Part shown: piece after piece, positions 48,324 to 61,860 of the stretch | How positions within the stretch are numbered: position 1 is the first letter of the stretch | How the letters are laid out: each line of letters starts with the position of its first letter | Source of the DNA: Azolla caroliniana | Taxonomy: Eukaryota > Plantae > Polypodiophyta | NCBI GenBank assembly: GCA_043228905.1 | Contig: JBHGNT010000003.1 | Span: 9,176,001 to 9,240,000 of the forward strand | Reading direction: 5' to 3' | Length of the DNA stretch: 64,000 nucleotides | The notes under the pieces: generated by a model | Databases searched by the model: none | What the model was told of the DNA's origin: nothing | What the model saw: only the letters and a program-made list of their open reading frames with translations | Made by a program: the position numbers and the translations under genes

Positions 48324-48416
48324 CCTCCCCTGCCGCTCTTCACGTTGGGTTCACCAAATGATGTCGCGAAGATTCGCGCGCGTGTGGGTCGCTCGAACGG
48401 GACCACCGGGGTCTCT

Positions 48417-51400
48417 TGTCGAATACAAATGTATAATGGACGTATTCACACTATCCTCTTAGAGAGCCCAAGTTCGGGCTATTTCTGTAAATAACATAAA
48501 GGGCAGTTGCCCTAAGTGAGTCACTATATAAAGTGACTTTGTAACCTTTTGTAAAGGTTGGTTGTTCATTGTTGTAACGGTTGCCCCTTTATGAATATAG
48601 ATATATTCTTTGTGCCTCTCTCTCTCTCTCTGGGTACGTAATTTGTTCTTGCCTCTCTCATACGCAGGTATTTCTTTCTCACAGATTCATACTATGTGAT
48701 CTCTTCTGCACTGACGGCCTTGTTCATTCCCTACATTTGGTATCAGAGCTTGGATGTCCTTCATCCCGCTGCCGGCCGCCATTCGAATCTTTGGATCACA
48801 ACATTCTGTTTTTTTTTTTGTTTTGTATTTGAAGAAATAGAGAAGAGAGAAGAAGAAGAAAAACGAGGCTTGCATCTCATCGTGTTAGATCATCTTCGCT
48901 TGGAGTAAGCCAACCGGCTGTACTCTGTTCCTCGTGATCGTAACCGCTCGAGGCGAAATCCCCTTGTGCAACATTGACACGATCGTGCTCCACTCGGTTA
49001 AACGGCATCCGAACAGGTCACCGAACGCTGCTCGCCACCTGTTGTAACCACTCGGTGCAGATCGGTCTCATGACAACAACCCCAATTCGTGCTTCATCCG
49101 GCTGATCGACATTCAGGAGGATCAATTGGATCCGTCTCTCTCGTCGCTGCAGTCACCCGAAGCAGAATGGGTCCAGACAATCGGTTTCAATAATCGGGCT
49201 TTGGCATATATATTCGGAAGCGAACCGGGCTCACTCCGACTCGGTAACATTCGGGAAGACCAGTCGGTTCTGTCCCTCGAGTTACCGGAGTCAATTCGAG
49301 CAAGTTCAACAATACACATATCCGAAACCGAACCGACTCGGGTTCAAATCCGACTAGAACGATATCGGGTGAGCCGACCGGCTGCACTCCAACAAGGTTC
49401 GTAGTCAACTCTGAACCGAGCTTTGTCAACCAAAACCGAATCTGATGGCATCAACATTCGGCTCATCGGAAATGAGTCTAAGGAGGTTCGACGGTTCGAA
49501 CTTCAATTTTTAGAAGGAGCAAATGCATGACTATCTTATAGTCAAGGGTCAGATCGATCCGATTGAGAATGAAACTGCTCCAGAAATATACAAGGCAAAT
49601 GAGTGGCAGAAGCTGGACAGAATCGTCTGCGCCACGATTCGGATGCACCTGTCAGAGTCAGTGTACTTCACAGTGCAATCGTGCACAACAGCCTTCGAAC
49701 TTTGGAAGAAGCTGTCGGAAACCTACGAAAAGAAGGTCGCCTCAACGAAGATGTATTTGATCCGACGTCTCTACAACCTGCGGATGAAAGACTCCGATTC
49801 GGTTCAGGCACACCTTAACGAGTACGAAAGTTTGAGCTCCCAAATCTCATCACAGGGGACGACAATCGAGGATGAACTCAGAGCAATGATACTCATGAGC
49901 AGTCTCCCCTCCTCTTGGGAAACCTTCGTTACAACTGTGTGCAACGCTTCTACGACTGCCATCAAGTACTCTGAAGTCACAAGTGCAATCCTAACTGAAG
50001 CAGCTCGGAGAAAGTCTTTCACCAAAGACTCGGCAGAAGAAGCCTATGTAGTACAAGGTTCGACCGACCGATCGAACAACCGGGGAAGAAGTTCTTCCCG
50101 ACCGCCGACAAATCAACGAAGCCGCAACAAGTCCCGGGAAACCTGAATCTGCAACTATTGCAAGAAACCGGGACACATCAAGGCCTACTGTCGGGTACTC
50201 AAGTCAAAGACAGACAAAGCTCAGAAAGCTGATCAGAGGAGTAACCGACATGAGGAAGTCAACTACGTCGGCTCTTCAGCCGAGATATTGACGATCGACC
50301 CAAACATATTGTCCATAGAGAATCCAGTCGAATTAGAAGTTCTGCTTACGACTGAGGAATCGAGCACATGGCTTCTGGACTCAGGCGCGTCGTATCACGT
50401 GACACCTCACCGATCACAGTTTCGGCAATATTCGGACCGACACTCCGACTCAGTTCGAGTCAGAAATTCGCAGCACTGTGCTATCATCGGAATCGGCACC
50501 GTATAACTCAACCTTCCGGGTGGCTCTACACATACTACACAACGTCCGACATGTTCCTGAGCTCTCACGACCCTTGATCTCAGTTGGACAACTTGATGAA
50601 GTTGGCATCCGTGCTGGTTTCTCATCTGGAGGGTGGACACTCCACAAAGGGAACCTCCTGCTTGCTAGAGGACCAAAGGTACGCTCATTGTACCCTTTGT
50701 ATGTCACACTCAGAGAGGGTGACTTATTTATGGTAGATATCCCTATGTCATCCTTATGGCATGGACGACTTGGACACCTCAGCAAGACCGGCATCACGCA
50801 CCTATCCAGAGCCGGATACATCCCGAAACTCTCCTTCTCGGACCATCAGTTTTGCGAGCATTGCCAGTACGGCAAACAGGTAGCCGCATCACACCCGACA
50901 TCAACACCAAGAGAGTCAAGCCCGCTCGATTTGGTCCACTCGGACGTCTGTGGCCCGATGCCACATCAGTCACTCGGGGGTGCCTCGTACTTCGTCAGTT
51001 TCATTGACGACTCGACTCGGAAGGTGTGGGCTTACCCCATCTGAACCAAAGATCGGGTGTTCTCGATCTTCTCAGATTGGCTCGCAATGGTCGAAAACCA
51101 GACCGGTCGGAAACTGAAGTGTCTCCGAACCGACAATGGAGGTGAGTTCAAATCTGATGAATTCACCAAATTTTGTCGAGAACGCGGCATTAGACGTGAA
51201 TATACGACACCATATAGTCCGAAGCAGAACAAAATCGCAGAACGCATGAATCAGATGATTCAAGAACGCGTTGTATCCATGCTCCTACACTTCGGACTGT
51301 TAGATGGCTTATGGGCAGAGGCTCTACTCATGGCAATACACATAATCAATATGTCGTCAAGTAGACCTCTAGGATTTAAGATACCTCAGGAAATATGGAC

Positions 51401-53989
51401 CGGCAGAAAGCCGAATTATGATAAGCTGAGGATTTTCGGTTGCGAGGCATATGCCCTCATACCGAAAGATGACCGCCGAAAGCTCGAACCGAGATCAAGG
51501 AAATGCATTTTCCTCGGGTACGGACCCGACGGCGAGATCGGATACCGACTCTGGGACCCCGAGCACAGGCAAATCGTTCGAAGTTCGGACGTCGTCTTCA
51601 ACGAGTCGACTATGCACAAAACGGCCGAAAGGCCTATTGAAGTCCGAAGGGTAATATTTTCCGAAGTGCCAACCCTTCATGACGGCCTAGCACACAACAC
51701 GAGACCGGTTTCACGGGTAACCGACTTCTCTCGCACCGAATCCACAGATTCGGCACAGCCGAATGGCTCGGCTTCCGACCATCCGACATCGACACCCGGT
51801 GCGACCAGTCCAGTCATACCTCGAAGATCCGAGAGATTGTTGCAACCTCCGGAGAGGTACTCTCCCGTAATTTTCTTCACCGACGCCGGCGAACCGACGT
51901 CCTACGAAGAAGCATCGGCAGCTACCGATTCAGCCACCTGGCATCTGGCAATGGAGTCGGAAATGCACTCCATCCGCGCCAACAAGACTTGGGATCTGGT
52001 CGACTTACCGAAGAATCGACGTGCTCTTCCTTGTAAGTGGGTCTATAGACTAAAGGAGACGTCCGACTCGACCACCCCAAAGTACAAGGCCAGATTAGTT
52101 GCGAAGGGATTTCGATAGGAATATGGCGTTGACTTCGACGAAATCTTTTCACTAGTGGTGAAAATGACAACCCTTCGTTTCATGCTCGGTGTTGTGGTTG
52201 CCGAAAATTTGGAGCTGATTCAGCTAGATGTGAAAACGGCATTCCTCCACGGTGATCTAAAGGAGGAAATCTACATGGAGCAGCGGAAAGGCTTTGTGGC
52301 CACAGGTCAGGAACATCTAGTCTATCAACTCAGGAAGAGTCTTTACGGCCTGAAACAGGCACCCCGACAGTGGTACAAGAAGTTCGACGATTTCATCCAG
52401 TCGGTTGGCTTCTCCAAGAGCGATGAGGACCACTGCCTCTTCACCAAAACAGCTCAAGATGGTTCTCCCGTCTTCCTCATCATCTACGTGGACGACATGC
52501 TACTCTCCCGTCGGCATACCGGAGAGCTCACCGAACTCGTTCGGAAACTGCGATTGAAGTTTTCCATGAAGGACCTCGGTCCGGCAAGACACATACTCGG
52601 AATGAAGATTAGTCGAAATCGCGCCAAAAGACAGGTTTCTATGTCTCAAACCGACTACATCAGACGTGTCTTGGAACGCTTCAACATGCAATCGGCCAAG
52701 TCTGCTTCGACCCCGCTCCCCATTCATCTTCGGCTTTCTCAGCGAGACTGCCCGACATCCAGTCCAGAGGGGGAAGACATGAAGTCGGTACCGTATGCAC
52801 CGGCAGTAGGCTCTCTGATGTACGCGATGGTCGCGACACGGCCTGATATTTCTCACGCCGTAGGAGTCATCAACAGATTTATGCACAATCCCGGCCGATC
52901 TCACTGGAACCCAGTCAAGCATGTGTTCAGATATTTAGCTGGCACAAAAGACCACAACATCCTTTTCGGTCCGAACTCAACTTCAGGCGTAGCTGGTTAC
53001 ACCGACTCGGACTTCGCCGGCTGTGTGGACAGTCGCAAGTGAACAACCGGATATTCCTCTTTAAATTCGGCAATGGAGCAATCTTGTGGAAGTCAAAACA
53101 TAAGGAGTGCACAACCACCTCAACGACCGAAGCAGAATATGTAGCTGCCTCCGACGCAGCGAAAGAAGCTTTATGGCTCGGTCGGCTGGCGCACACGTTT
53201 CGGCAAGTCGACTCCGACTCGGCTCCAGTTGTCTACAACGACAGTCAGAGTGCTGTTGCTTTGTCGAAAAATCCGGTTCATCACAACGCCTACAAGCATA
53301 TCGAAGTTCGATATCACTTCGTTCGGGGCTGCGTCATTTTCGGGAAAATCGGTTTAGAGAAGATATCCACAACCGATAATGTCGAAGATGGAATGACCAA
53401 GTGTCTTTCGGCAGACCGGTTCCGGTCTCTTCGGCAACAGATGGGCGTAACAACATATCGGTCCGGTTGAAGTTGGACATAGTGCAGGATGGTTTCAGAC
53501 AACAGACATCGGTTCACTGACGATCGACTTCAACTTTTCCGACCCGACCAGTTCGGTCTTCTGTCTACGGATCATGCCGATTCGAACAAAACCGACCTGT
53601 CCGAGAACCTATGCCTATACTTGTATTTTTTAGATAACCCATGTATACGCCCATTACGAGGGAGTGTCAAATACAAATGTATAATGGATATATTCACACT
53701 ATCCTCTTAGAGAGCCCAAGTTCAGGCTATTTCTGTAAATAACATAAAGGGCAGTTGCCCTAAGTGAGTCACTATATAAAGTGACTTTGTAACCTTTTGT
53801 AAAGGTTGGTTGTTCATTGTTGTAACGGTTGCCCCTTTATGAATATAGATATATTCTTTGTGCCTCTCTCTCTCTCTCTCTCTCCCTGTACGTAATTTGT
53901 TCTTGCCTCTCTCATACGCAGGTATTTCTTTCTCACAGATTCATACTGTGTGATCTCTTCTGCACTGACGGCCTTGTTCATTCCCTACA
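48417..53989 (+). mobile_element. Copia G2 (Ty1/copia) inserted in the 5' LTR of F
   Basis: LTRs 48417-48735 and 53665-53989; TSD tctct/tctat; PBS TGGTATCAGAGC 48738-48749; PPT gagggag. Confidence 0.95.
49445..53470 (+). pseudogene. Copia G2 polyprotein, disrupted
   Basis: SSLPSSWE; CNYCKKPGHIKAYC; WLLDSGASYH; WHGRLGH; RTDNGGEF; YVDDML; TTEAEY; KHIEVRYHF. Confidence 0.93.
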
Positions 53990-54407
53990 TCTATGACCAG
54001 GGAGGATGTTTACCAAGTTATCGAGAAACAATGTTACCCTTGACAAGATCAAAAGTTTGATGATTATAAGCAGTACAATAAGAAGTATCAAAGATGAAAG
54101 AAGATGAACAATAGAAGTATAATTATAAGAAGAATTTTATATTGATGATGATGATGACGTTGGTGATATCACCTATTGAGCCCCCCCTTACACAAGCCTT
54201 ACTAGAGGCTTTTATAGGTCTCTCCATGCTTGTGACATGCACAAAACCATGGGCTAAAACCATGGTTTTGTGCACACGGTTTTGCTTATGACATGCACAA
54301 AACCATGGGCTTAAAACCATGGTTTTGTGTACACGGTTTTGACTGTTTGCTACCTATGCAATGCTGAATATGAAAAGAAAATATACAAAATGTAAAGCAT
54401 GTAATAG

Positions 54408-54462
54408 TAGCTTTAGTGGTATGATAATTGCTTCTTATCTTAGACGTGCAAGGTTCAAATCC
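54408..54462 (+). promoter_or_regulatory. tRNA-like Pol III A box/B box in U3 of the F 5' LTR
   Basis: TAGCTTTAGTGG, 32 nt, GGTTCAAATCC. Confidence 0.6.
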
Positions 54463-54594
54463 TACTTGCAACCCTCAATATGCACTCAGTGCCATCATGT
54501 CCTAGGTTTCATTTTTACAAGTATTTGTGTAATGTGCATGTATCCTCAATTTTTCACTTTTTCTCGTATTAAACACGCCACATCACGACAACGT

Positions 54595-57500
54595 TACAAG
54601 AATGTCAGATTATGCTGCCATTGGGTCGGTTATTACAGCTAGTGCCCCGGTTTACGGAAGGGCTGAAATCAGTAATGACCACATCAATTCCATTGCCGGC
54701 TCTTGCGTTCTTCTCAAATCTGGAAGAAGGGCCAGTAGTGGTGGACACGAACAGTTCGGCAATCACCACCATCGTCAAAGGACGAGAACTACCAGGGACG
54801 ATTGTGGACAGAGGATCGGGTGTGAACGTGATCAGTCTACGGACTTGTAATACCCTGGGAATCCAGGATTGGGAGCCTTGCCCGTTTTGGCTTCGGATGG
54901 CGGATACAAGTTTGGTAAGACCAACCGGTTTGATACGGGATCTAGACGTAACTATTGGAGGACGTGCATTCCGCATTTCAGCGGTGGTTCTCCAGCTCAA
55001 TGCGCAAGGGGCTTACCCGATGTTGTTGGGCCGCCCATGGCTAAAAACAGCGCATATCAAACAAAACTGGCGGAAAAACCTGATTACCTTTCGGCGAGGA
55101 AAGGCTAAAGTAAGGGCAAGTACTGGCAAGGAGCTGACACTGCTATATGCGGAAGGTGTAAATATACTCGAGGGGCTTGCGGACGAAGAGGTCGACCAAT
55201 ACTTAGAAGAAAACCCAAAAATTGTACCCCTATTTGAAATCAATGTGGCAGAAGCGATGTCACCATATATAATGCAATCGGATGATGTCGTCGAGGAACC
55301 AGATCGGGAAGCTATCAGAGAATTACGGCAAGCACAGGAAGCTCTAGAGAGGGAGATGACAGTATCCCAACGCGTGAAAGCATCCCAGCTAGAGGAACTG
55401 AACTTAGGAATCGGGGACGACGCAAGACCGGTTCATATTACTAAGGAAATGTCACCGGACAAAAAGACGACGATGATCACTTTATTAAAGGAATTCCGGG
55501 ACGTATTCACCTGGTCATATGAAGACATGTGGGGGCTGGATCGTCAGTTGTACCAACACCAGATACATCTCAGTAAGGATGCCAAACCGGTAGCACAACG
55601 ACGTTACCGAATGAACCCCAACTATGCGGCCAAGGTCAAAGAGGAAATTGACAAGTTGCTACGAGTCGGTTTTATCCGACCAATGAAAAAAGCTACATGG
55701 TTAAGCCCCACAGTCGTTGTGCCGAAAAAGAATGGTAAGATCGGGGTGTGCGTCGACTACTGGAAACTCAATGCGGCAATAGTGACCGACACCTTTCCAC
55801 TTCCATTTACGGATGGAGTCCTTGACACGGTAGCCGGTCATGAAGTGTATAACTTTCTAGATGGTTTCAACGGCTACAATCAAATAAGGATGCACCCCGA
55901 CGACCAAGACAAGACGATGTTCGTCACCGAATGGGGAGTTTTCGTCGCAGTGGTAATGATGTTCGGGCTCAAGACCGCGCCGGCAACCTTCCAACGAATA
56001 ATCATGGAAATATTTGGCGAGTTCATTCCAGCATTCATGCAGGTATTCCTGGATGACTTCACCATGTATAGTTGAGAAGGAGAGCATCTCCAACACGTCC
56101 GGCTATGTCTTGAGAAATGCAGGAGTTATCCGTTAAGCCTGAATCCAGCAAAGTGTGTGTTCGGAGTAACAAGTGGTGCATTGCTGGGCCATCTTGTCAG
56201 CAAGGACAGGATCGCGGTAGACCCCGACAAAGTCAAAGCAATCTTAGAAGCACTAGCACCATCCATGGCCAAAGCTTTGAGTCGGTTTTTAGGGAAAATC
56301 CGGTGGCATAGCCGGATGCTCCGGTATTTGGCCGATCTTGCTACACCGTTGCATGCCGCGGTTCACCGGACACCGTTTCAATGGACAAATACGGAGGGTG
56401 AGGCTTACCGGGCACTGAAAGTACTACTATCACAAGCATCGGTGGTGCAACCACCGGACTGGTCAAAAGAATTCCACGTGTTCGTTGATGCGTTTGACAT
56501 AGCAATCGGCAGCGCACTAATGCAACTGACCAAACCGAAATGGTACCGACCGGTTTATTATGCTAATCGGAAGCTATCCTAGGCGGAACAAAATTATTCA
56601 ACAAAGGAAAGAGAACCCTTAGGGATGATTTACAGTGTTACCAAGTTCAGGCACTAGTTATTGGGAAGGAAAATTTCATTTCATGTCGACCACTCAGTGC
56701 TATTATATTTGGTCTCAGAGGCATCGCTCACCGGCAAGATGGCCCAATGGACATTGTTGCTACAAGAGTTTGAGTTTGAAATATATCACCTACCGGGAAT
56801 ACAGTGTGCGGTTGCAGATTATCTGAGCCGGTTAGATTCCAGTGAGATTGGTGATGGAGTCCCGGATGAGTTTTCAGATGCCGAGTTGTTTAAAGTAACA
56901 GCAGAAACGGCAGCCAATAGCATGGTAGTTGACGAAGACAAGTGGCTAACCAACATGCATCAATTCCTAAGCACAGGACTCCCACCGAAGGAGATGAACC
57001 GGGATGAGCGGAAGCGGTTAGCGGTACAAAGGCGACATTTTTGTCTACTACAGGACACCTTGTACCACAAAGGCGCGGATGGCATATGGCAGCATTGCAA
57101 AGTGATGAAAAGGACACAATATTACGAGAAGCGCATTGTGGCGTTGCCGGAGGGCACTATGCCGGGGACGCTACGGCAAGGAAGATATGGCACAACGGGC
57201 TATGGTGGCCGATGACGCTGAAGGACTCGGTTCGGTACGCGAAAGTCTGTGATTTATGTCAACGGATGGGCCAAGCAATAGAACAGGCAAGGATGCCTCA
57301 TCAACTGGTGCTACCCTTAGAACCATTTCAGAAATGGGGGCTGGATTTCGTTGGGCTGTTTAAACCTCCCGTAATGAGAACCGGCAACAGATATGTTATA
57401 GTCGCCACCGATTATTGCACCAAGTGGGTAGAAGCCAAGGCTTTGCGGGACAACATTGCGGCATCAATGTCCAAGTTCTTATATGAGTACATCTAGTGCC

Positions 57501-58300
57501 GGTATGGATGCCTGATCGAGTTAATTAGCGACCAAGGCGAACATTTTCTCGGTCAAGTAGTGGAAAGGTTAACAACATTCTATGCCATGGTACACAAGCA
57601 CAATACCCCTTATTATCCACAGGCCAATGGACTGGCTGAATCCACAAACAAAACACTCCAAAACATCTTGCGAAAGATCGTCAATGAAAACTGGACCGAT
57701 TGGGACACCAAGCTGCATAGTGCACTATGGGCATACTGGACGACATACAAAACAAGTATCCGGTCAACACCATTCCGGTTAGCATTTGGGCTGGAAGCAG
57801 TAATGCCCATCGAATTTCAGGTTTTGAGTTTGCGGATATAGGTTAGAGAACGACTAAGTGAAAAGGAATCGGAAAAAATCCGGTTAGCCGCATTATGCGA
57901 ACTCGAGGAGCATCGGATAGCAAGTCTCATGCAGTTGGAACTGGAGCAACGACGAAGGAAGGCATTTGTCAATCGGCACCGGAAAGGCAATGAGAAGATG
58001 TTCAGGATCGGTAAGCCGGTATTGGTGTTCCAGACCCGGATGGGTCAAATGCCAGGAAAGCTACGGTTCCGGTGGACCGGACCATATTGGATAACGCGGG
58101 AATTCAACGGTTCATACCAACTCGGAATGCTCGCCGGTGAGATAATGGGCAAATGGGTCAATGGGTTTTGACTCAAACCATATTGTGGACCTATGCCCCA
58201 GAATCCGTTTGAGCAGACGGAGGCTGATACAACAGTAGGAAGCAGGAAAAAAGTACTCGACAGTCAGGCGGAGCCGGCGTTACCGGATAACGACAAATAG
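54595..58300 (+). pseudogene. Element H pol (PR-RT-RH-INT), disrupted; no additional archaeal-type RNase H seen
   Basis: IVDRGSGVNVI; WLSP.VVVPKKNGK; FLDGFNGYNQI; FLDDF; HCGVAGGH..CDLC; WGLDFVG; YYPQANG; RWTGPY. Confidence 0.9.
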
Positions 58301-58566
58301 GTGGGCGACAAACATGAATATGGGGAAAAACCGGGATACAGACCTGGTGCTTCCGGTTAACTAAAACTCAATTTGAAAAAGAAAAAAAGAAAAAAGAAAG
58401 AAAGAAAAGAAAAGTCATCATGAAGAGGCGAGGAGCGAACGGGCACTTTGAAAAGGTGTGGTGGGTGGCTAATTAAAGACCTTTAAAAAAAATCGCACCA
58501 CGTGTCAACCGACTGTTATATTAGTACAAGATGTGCATGCGCGGGAATCAAGAAAAGGCGCCACGC

Positions 58567-61340
58567 ATGGAGAAAGAAAACCTTTGCCGCACAGAGTTCC
58601 TTTCATTTCGCGAACATAGAGATCTCAGTGCACATAGGAGCTGCTGACGAGGTATTTCGGTGAATACTCCCTGGGTGGCAAGGCGTACCGTACGCAAGGC
58701 GGTGAAGACCTATTGTTTCGGGAAATTGCTCGGGTACTCCACGAGTATGGTCATGTATACCCTCGACCATCGGCTATGCCCAAGAATAGAGCTAGTTTGA
58801 TCATAGCTACCTACGAGGGAGTACATGTGGATTGGTCGGTAATGATCGCCGACGGCCTGACTGCTGCCATGATCTCAATAAATGATGGCAAAAAGATGTG
58901 GACAACAGTGGAACAATGGCTCACACTGTTAGCACCGCCGGTGGAGCCCATGAAACAAAGGAAGAGGGGAAGACCGACAGAATCGACCCCCAAAACAACT
59001 TCAAAATGGCAACAACTCCTGGCTACCCAGGCCAAGGAACGGCCGAATCGGAAGTGGTCGGCAGAGAAGGAGGCATCGGTGGACACCTCGGGGAAACCCT
59101 TGAAAATCAAGCTGCGCCTGACGGAACAACAAGTAGAACAACAACCGGAGAAAACGCAGGGGCAAGACCCCTTGGCGGCATTAATCAATAGTAATACCCT
59201 GGAGGAAGAACAATAGGAAGATGAGCCTACGGAGACGATGTTACGTCGTCGCCAGACAAGTGAAAAGGGCCACGAAGGGGGGACATCAAGGCCAATGGAG
59301 GATATTATACTGGAAGCCGTCCCTGAGGAGCCGCAACCTAGGAAGGCGGCAAAACTGGCTCAACAAGAATCGGGGACGAAGCATTTGCTGCGGCAGGACA
59401 TTGCGGAACCAGCAGTCTAGGACACGACAGTACCGGTGAATTAGGAACTGGTCATTGAATTGCCGGTGTCACCGCCGCAACAGCAACAGCTAGAACCGGA
59501 ACGGCCGCGCGACGTAACCGTCCATAATAGACTCCTAGCCAGTGAAGAAGCTAACCCACGAGCAAAACCGGCATGACAACAAGGCACCGACAATAAATGA
59601 CTATGGTGGATATTAGAACAAGTGGCCAGTGTCGTCTGCTAGTTAGAAGCGGAAGAGAAAGCGCAGGAAGATCGGTTGCTAGCCACAACCGAGGAATTAG
59701 AGATGGCCCGGTCAAGAATTCGGAGCATGGAGGAAGACATAGAGAAGGCCAAAACAGAAATGGCCAAGTTGGTCAAAGAAGGACCACAGAAATCGGAATC
59801 GGTGGCACCGGTAACTTTACAGAACAATCAAACCCCGGTGACTAAGACATGCCCGGATACTCATAAAACGTCAGCACAGGAGCTTGCCACATTAAGGGAA
59901 GACTTGGCAGCACAAGAAGCTTTACGAGCTAGGGAACGAGAATTGAAAAAAGCGGCGGAGGAGGAACAAAGGAGGACAACTGACAACCTCTGCCGAACAG
60001 AGGAAAGCTTGAGAAGAGGTCATCAACCGTATGACCGGTTGAAAGAAGAGAAAGACAAACTCCTGCAAGAAAAAGAGAAACTTCGGCGGACGGTGGAAGT
60101 GGAGATTGAGTGCCTCAAAGAAGAGCTCCGGCAACAAAAAGACCGTGAGGACCAGGCTCGCCGGCTTATCAATCAAAAGCTAAAACAAAAAACCGACGAC
60201 TTCGACCGACTGCACCGGGATTATAAGCATTTGGATGCTGATCATAAGAAATTGATTACTGAAAGTGACCGGCAGCAAGAAAAGTGCAGGGAACTCCGGG
60301 ACAAAATTAACCGGATAATGACGACATTGATGGACGAGCAATCGAAGGGAGCCGAAGCAGCTAAACAATTGGCGGAAGCAACAAAAGAGCGACTGGACCT
60401 GCAAGTGAAGCACCATGCGGAAACGGAGCGAGCTACAATGACTTTGAATAGAGTTCAGACGACCTATCAGACCCAACTCATGCACTACAAAAGCCAAGAA
60501 GTGGCAACCGCGAGCCTGATCAAACAATTGAAGGACGAAAAACAGGTTGCGGAGAACAAGTCGAAGATGGGGCTGGGGCGGATCTGGGATATCGTACTGG
60601 CATGGAGGAATCGATTGAAGCAATTAGTGGAAGAAACCTTAGTACAGTGGTGGTCTAAGTGGGCTAAGCAGGCAGCGGAGCTATAGTTGCTGCGGGCAGA
60701 TGCGGAAAACCGGCGGAAAGAGGGCGACGAAGTTTACATCCTGGATAAGGAAAGAATTGAAGCGATAAAGGGAGAACTATCGGATGATTTAATATCCTTG
60801 GCTGATGACCAGAGGGTGGCAGTACGCAAGTTGGTGGCACAACTGGATGATGACCAGCTAGACAACCAACTCCGTTTCGAAAAGTACAAACGGGAACGAC
60901 CACGGCAAGAAGTGGCCAAGAAAATTGCGGTGATTAGCATCAGTGACGAGGAGCCATCTTCAGAACAAACGCCGGTTAAGGCCAGGGGAAGCCAACCAGA
61001 TAGTACTTAGGAGGAGCCAATAAAGGAAGGTCATTCGCAGGAACCGGTGCACGCCGGACAACAGAACCAGGAGACGCCAGGACCAGTAGAACTGGAAAAA
61101 GAGGAAGAGACGGTAAGACTAGTCGAGCCGGAAAAGGAGGAAGAGCCGGTCAGACCGACAAAGCCGGAGGAAATGGATGTCAACCAGAAGCAGCCACAGC
61201 TAGAGCCGGAGCGGCAACAAGAGTAGCTGAAAGAATAGCAAGAGGAGGAACAACAGCAACAACAGATGACAGAACAGCTTCCCGAAGAACCATTGGAACC
61301 CTTAGATCAAAGCATTCTGGACATTTTGGAGGATGAATGA
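58567..61340 (+). pseudogene. Element H 3' extra ORF: globular N-terminus, long coiled coil, acidic tail; function unknown
   Basis: Consecutive ORFs 58713-59216, 59676-60686 and 60687-61010; EK-rich heptads; homologous to the B ORF. The start position is approximate. Confidence 0.75.
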
Positions 61341-61392
61341 AGCCGGATTGTGGGATTTGACGTACAAGGTACTGTCCAACGGGTGTGCCATG

Positions 61393-61860
61393 TGTTAACC
61401 GGCCGACAAGGAAAGTCCAGAATGGAAGAAGGGGATATTTAATAACCGGGAGCTGATTATATATATATATATATATATATATAATTATTATGATTTGAGA
61501 TGCGAACGGATGAACCCGGAATTGGTATGCCGATCCGGATCCGGACCGGTTCGTAGCTGGTTGCTGGTTGGCACCAGTTTTACCTAGAGCCGGAGACCTA
61601 TGAAAGGGCCCGGTGAGATTGTAATCATTAGTGGATAATTAATAAGAGTGTTGTTGTTATGTTCTTAATCAAGTTAATTACCGTTCTGTGCTAAATATAA
61701 TTCATCTTACGCGTGTATTGTGACTAATGATCCTGCCGCTTAGTAACCAATTAGGGTTTCATTAATAGTCGGTCTAACTTTATCTCACCGCAACACCCCT
61801 TTGGTGAAGTGTCTCAAGGGACACCCTGTGTTAGGCCATTGTCCGACCCTAGTGATAACA
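61393..61860 (+). repeat. 3' LTR of element H, with (TA)n at about 61458-61482
   Basis: Shares blocks with B LTRs (ggaccggttcgtagctggttgc; ccctttggtgaagtgt..aagggacaccctgtgttag); ends gataaca. Confidence 0.85.

Larger units (their letters stand above)
45517..54590 (-). mobile_element. Element F: non-autonomous gag-only Trp-primed LTR element related to C
   Basis: LTRs 45517-46155 (3') and 48362-54590 (5', split by G2); 4-bp TSD gcgt/acgt; PBS TGGTGAACCCAACGTGAA 48356-48339; no pol in the 2.2-kb interior. Confidence 0.9.
44867..61860 (+). mobile_element. Element H: 5'-truncated Athila/Tat-like non-chromovirus gypsy with a 3' extra ORF
   Basis: gag remnant, pol, extra ORF and 3' LTR 61393-61860 (TG..CA); no 5' LTR found; interrupted by F. 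Confidence 0.85.

Noticed and set aside
58567-61340. Retroviral env or a host myosin/SMC gene
   Set aside because: No signal peptide or transmembrane segment and no motor/ATPase motifs; it lies between INT and the LTR in two elements.
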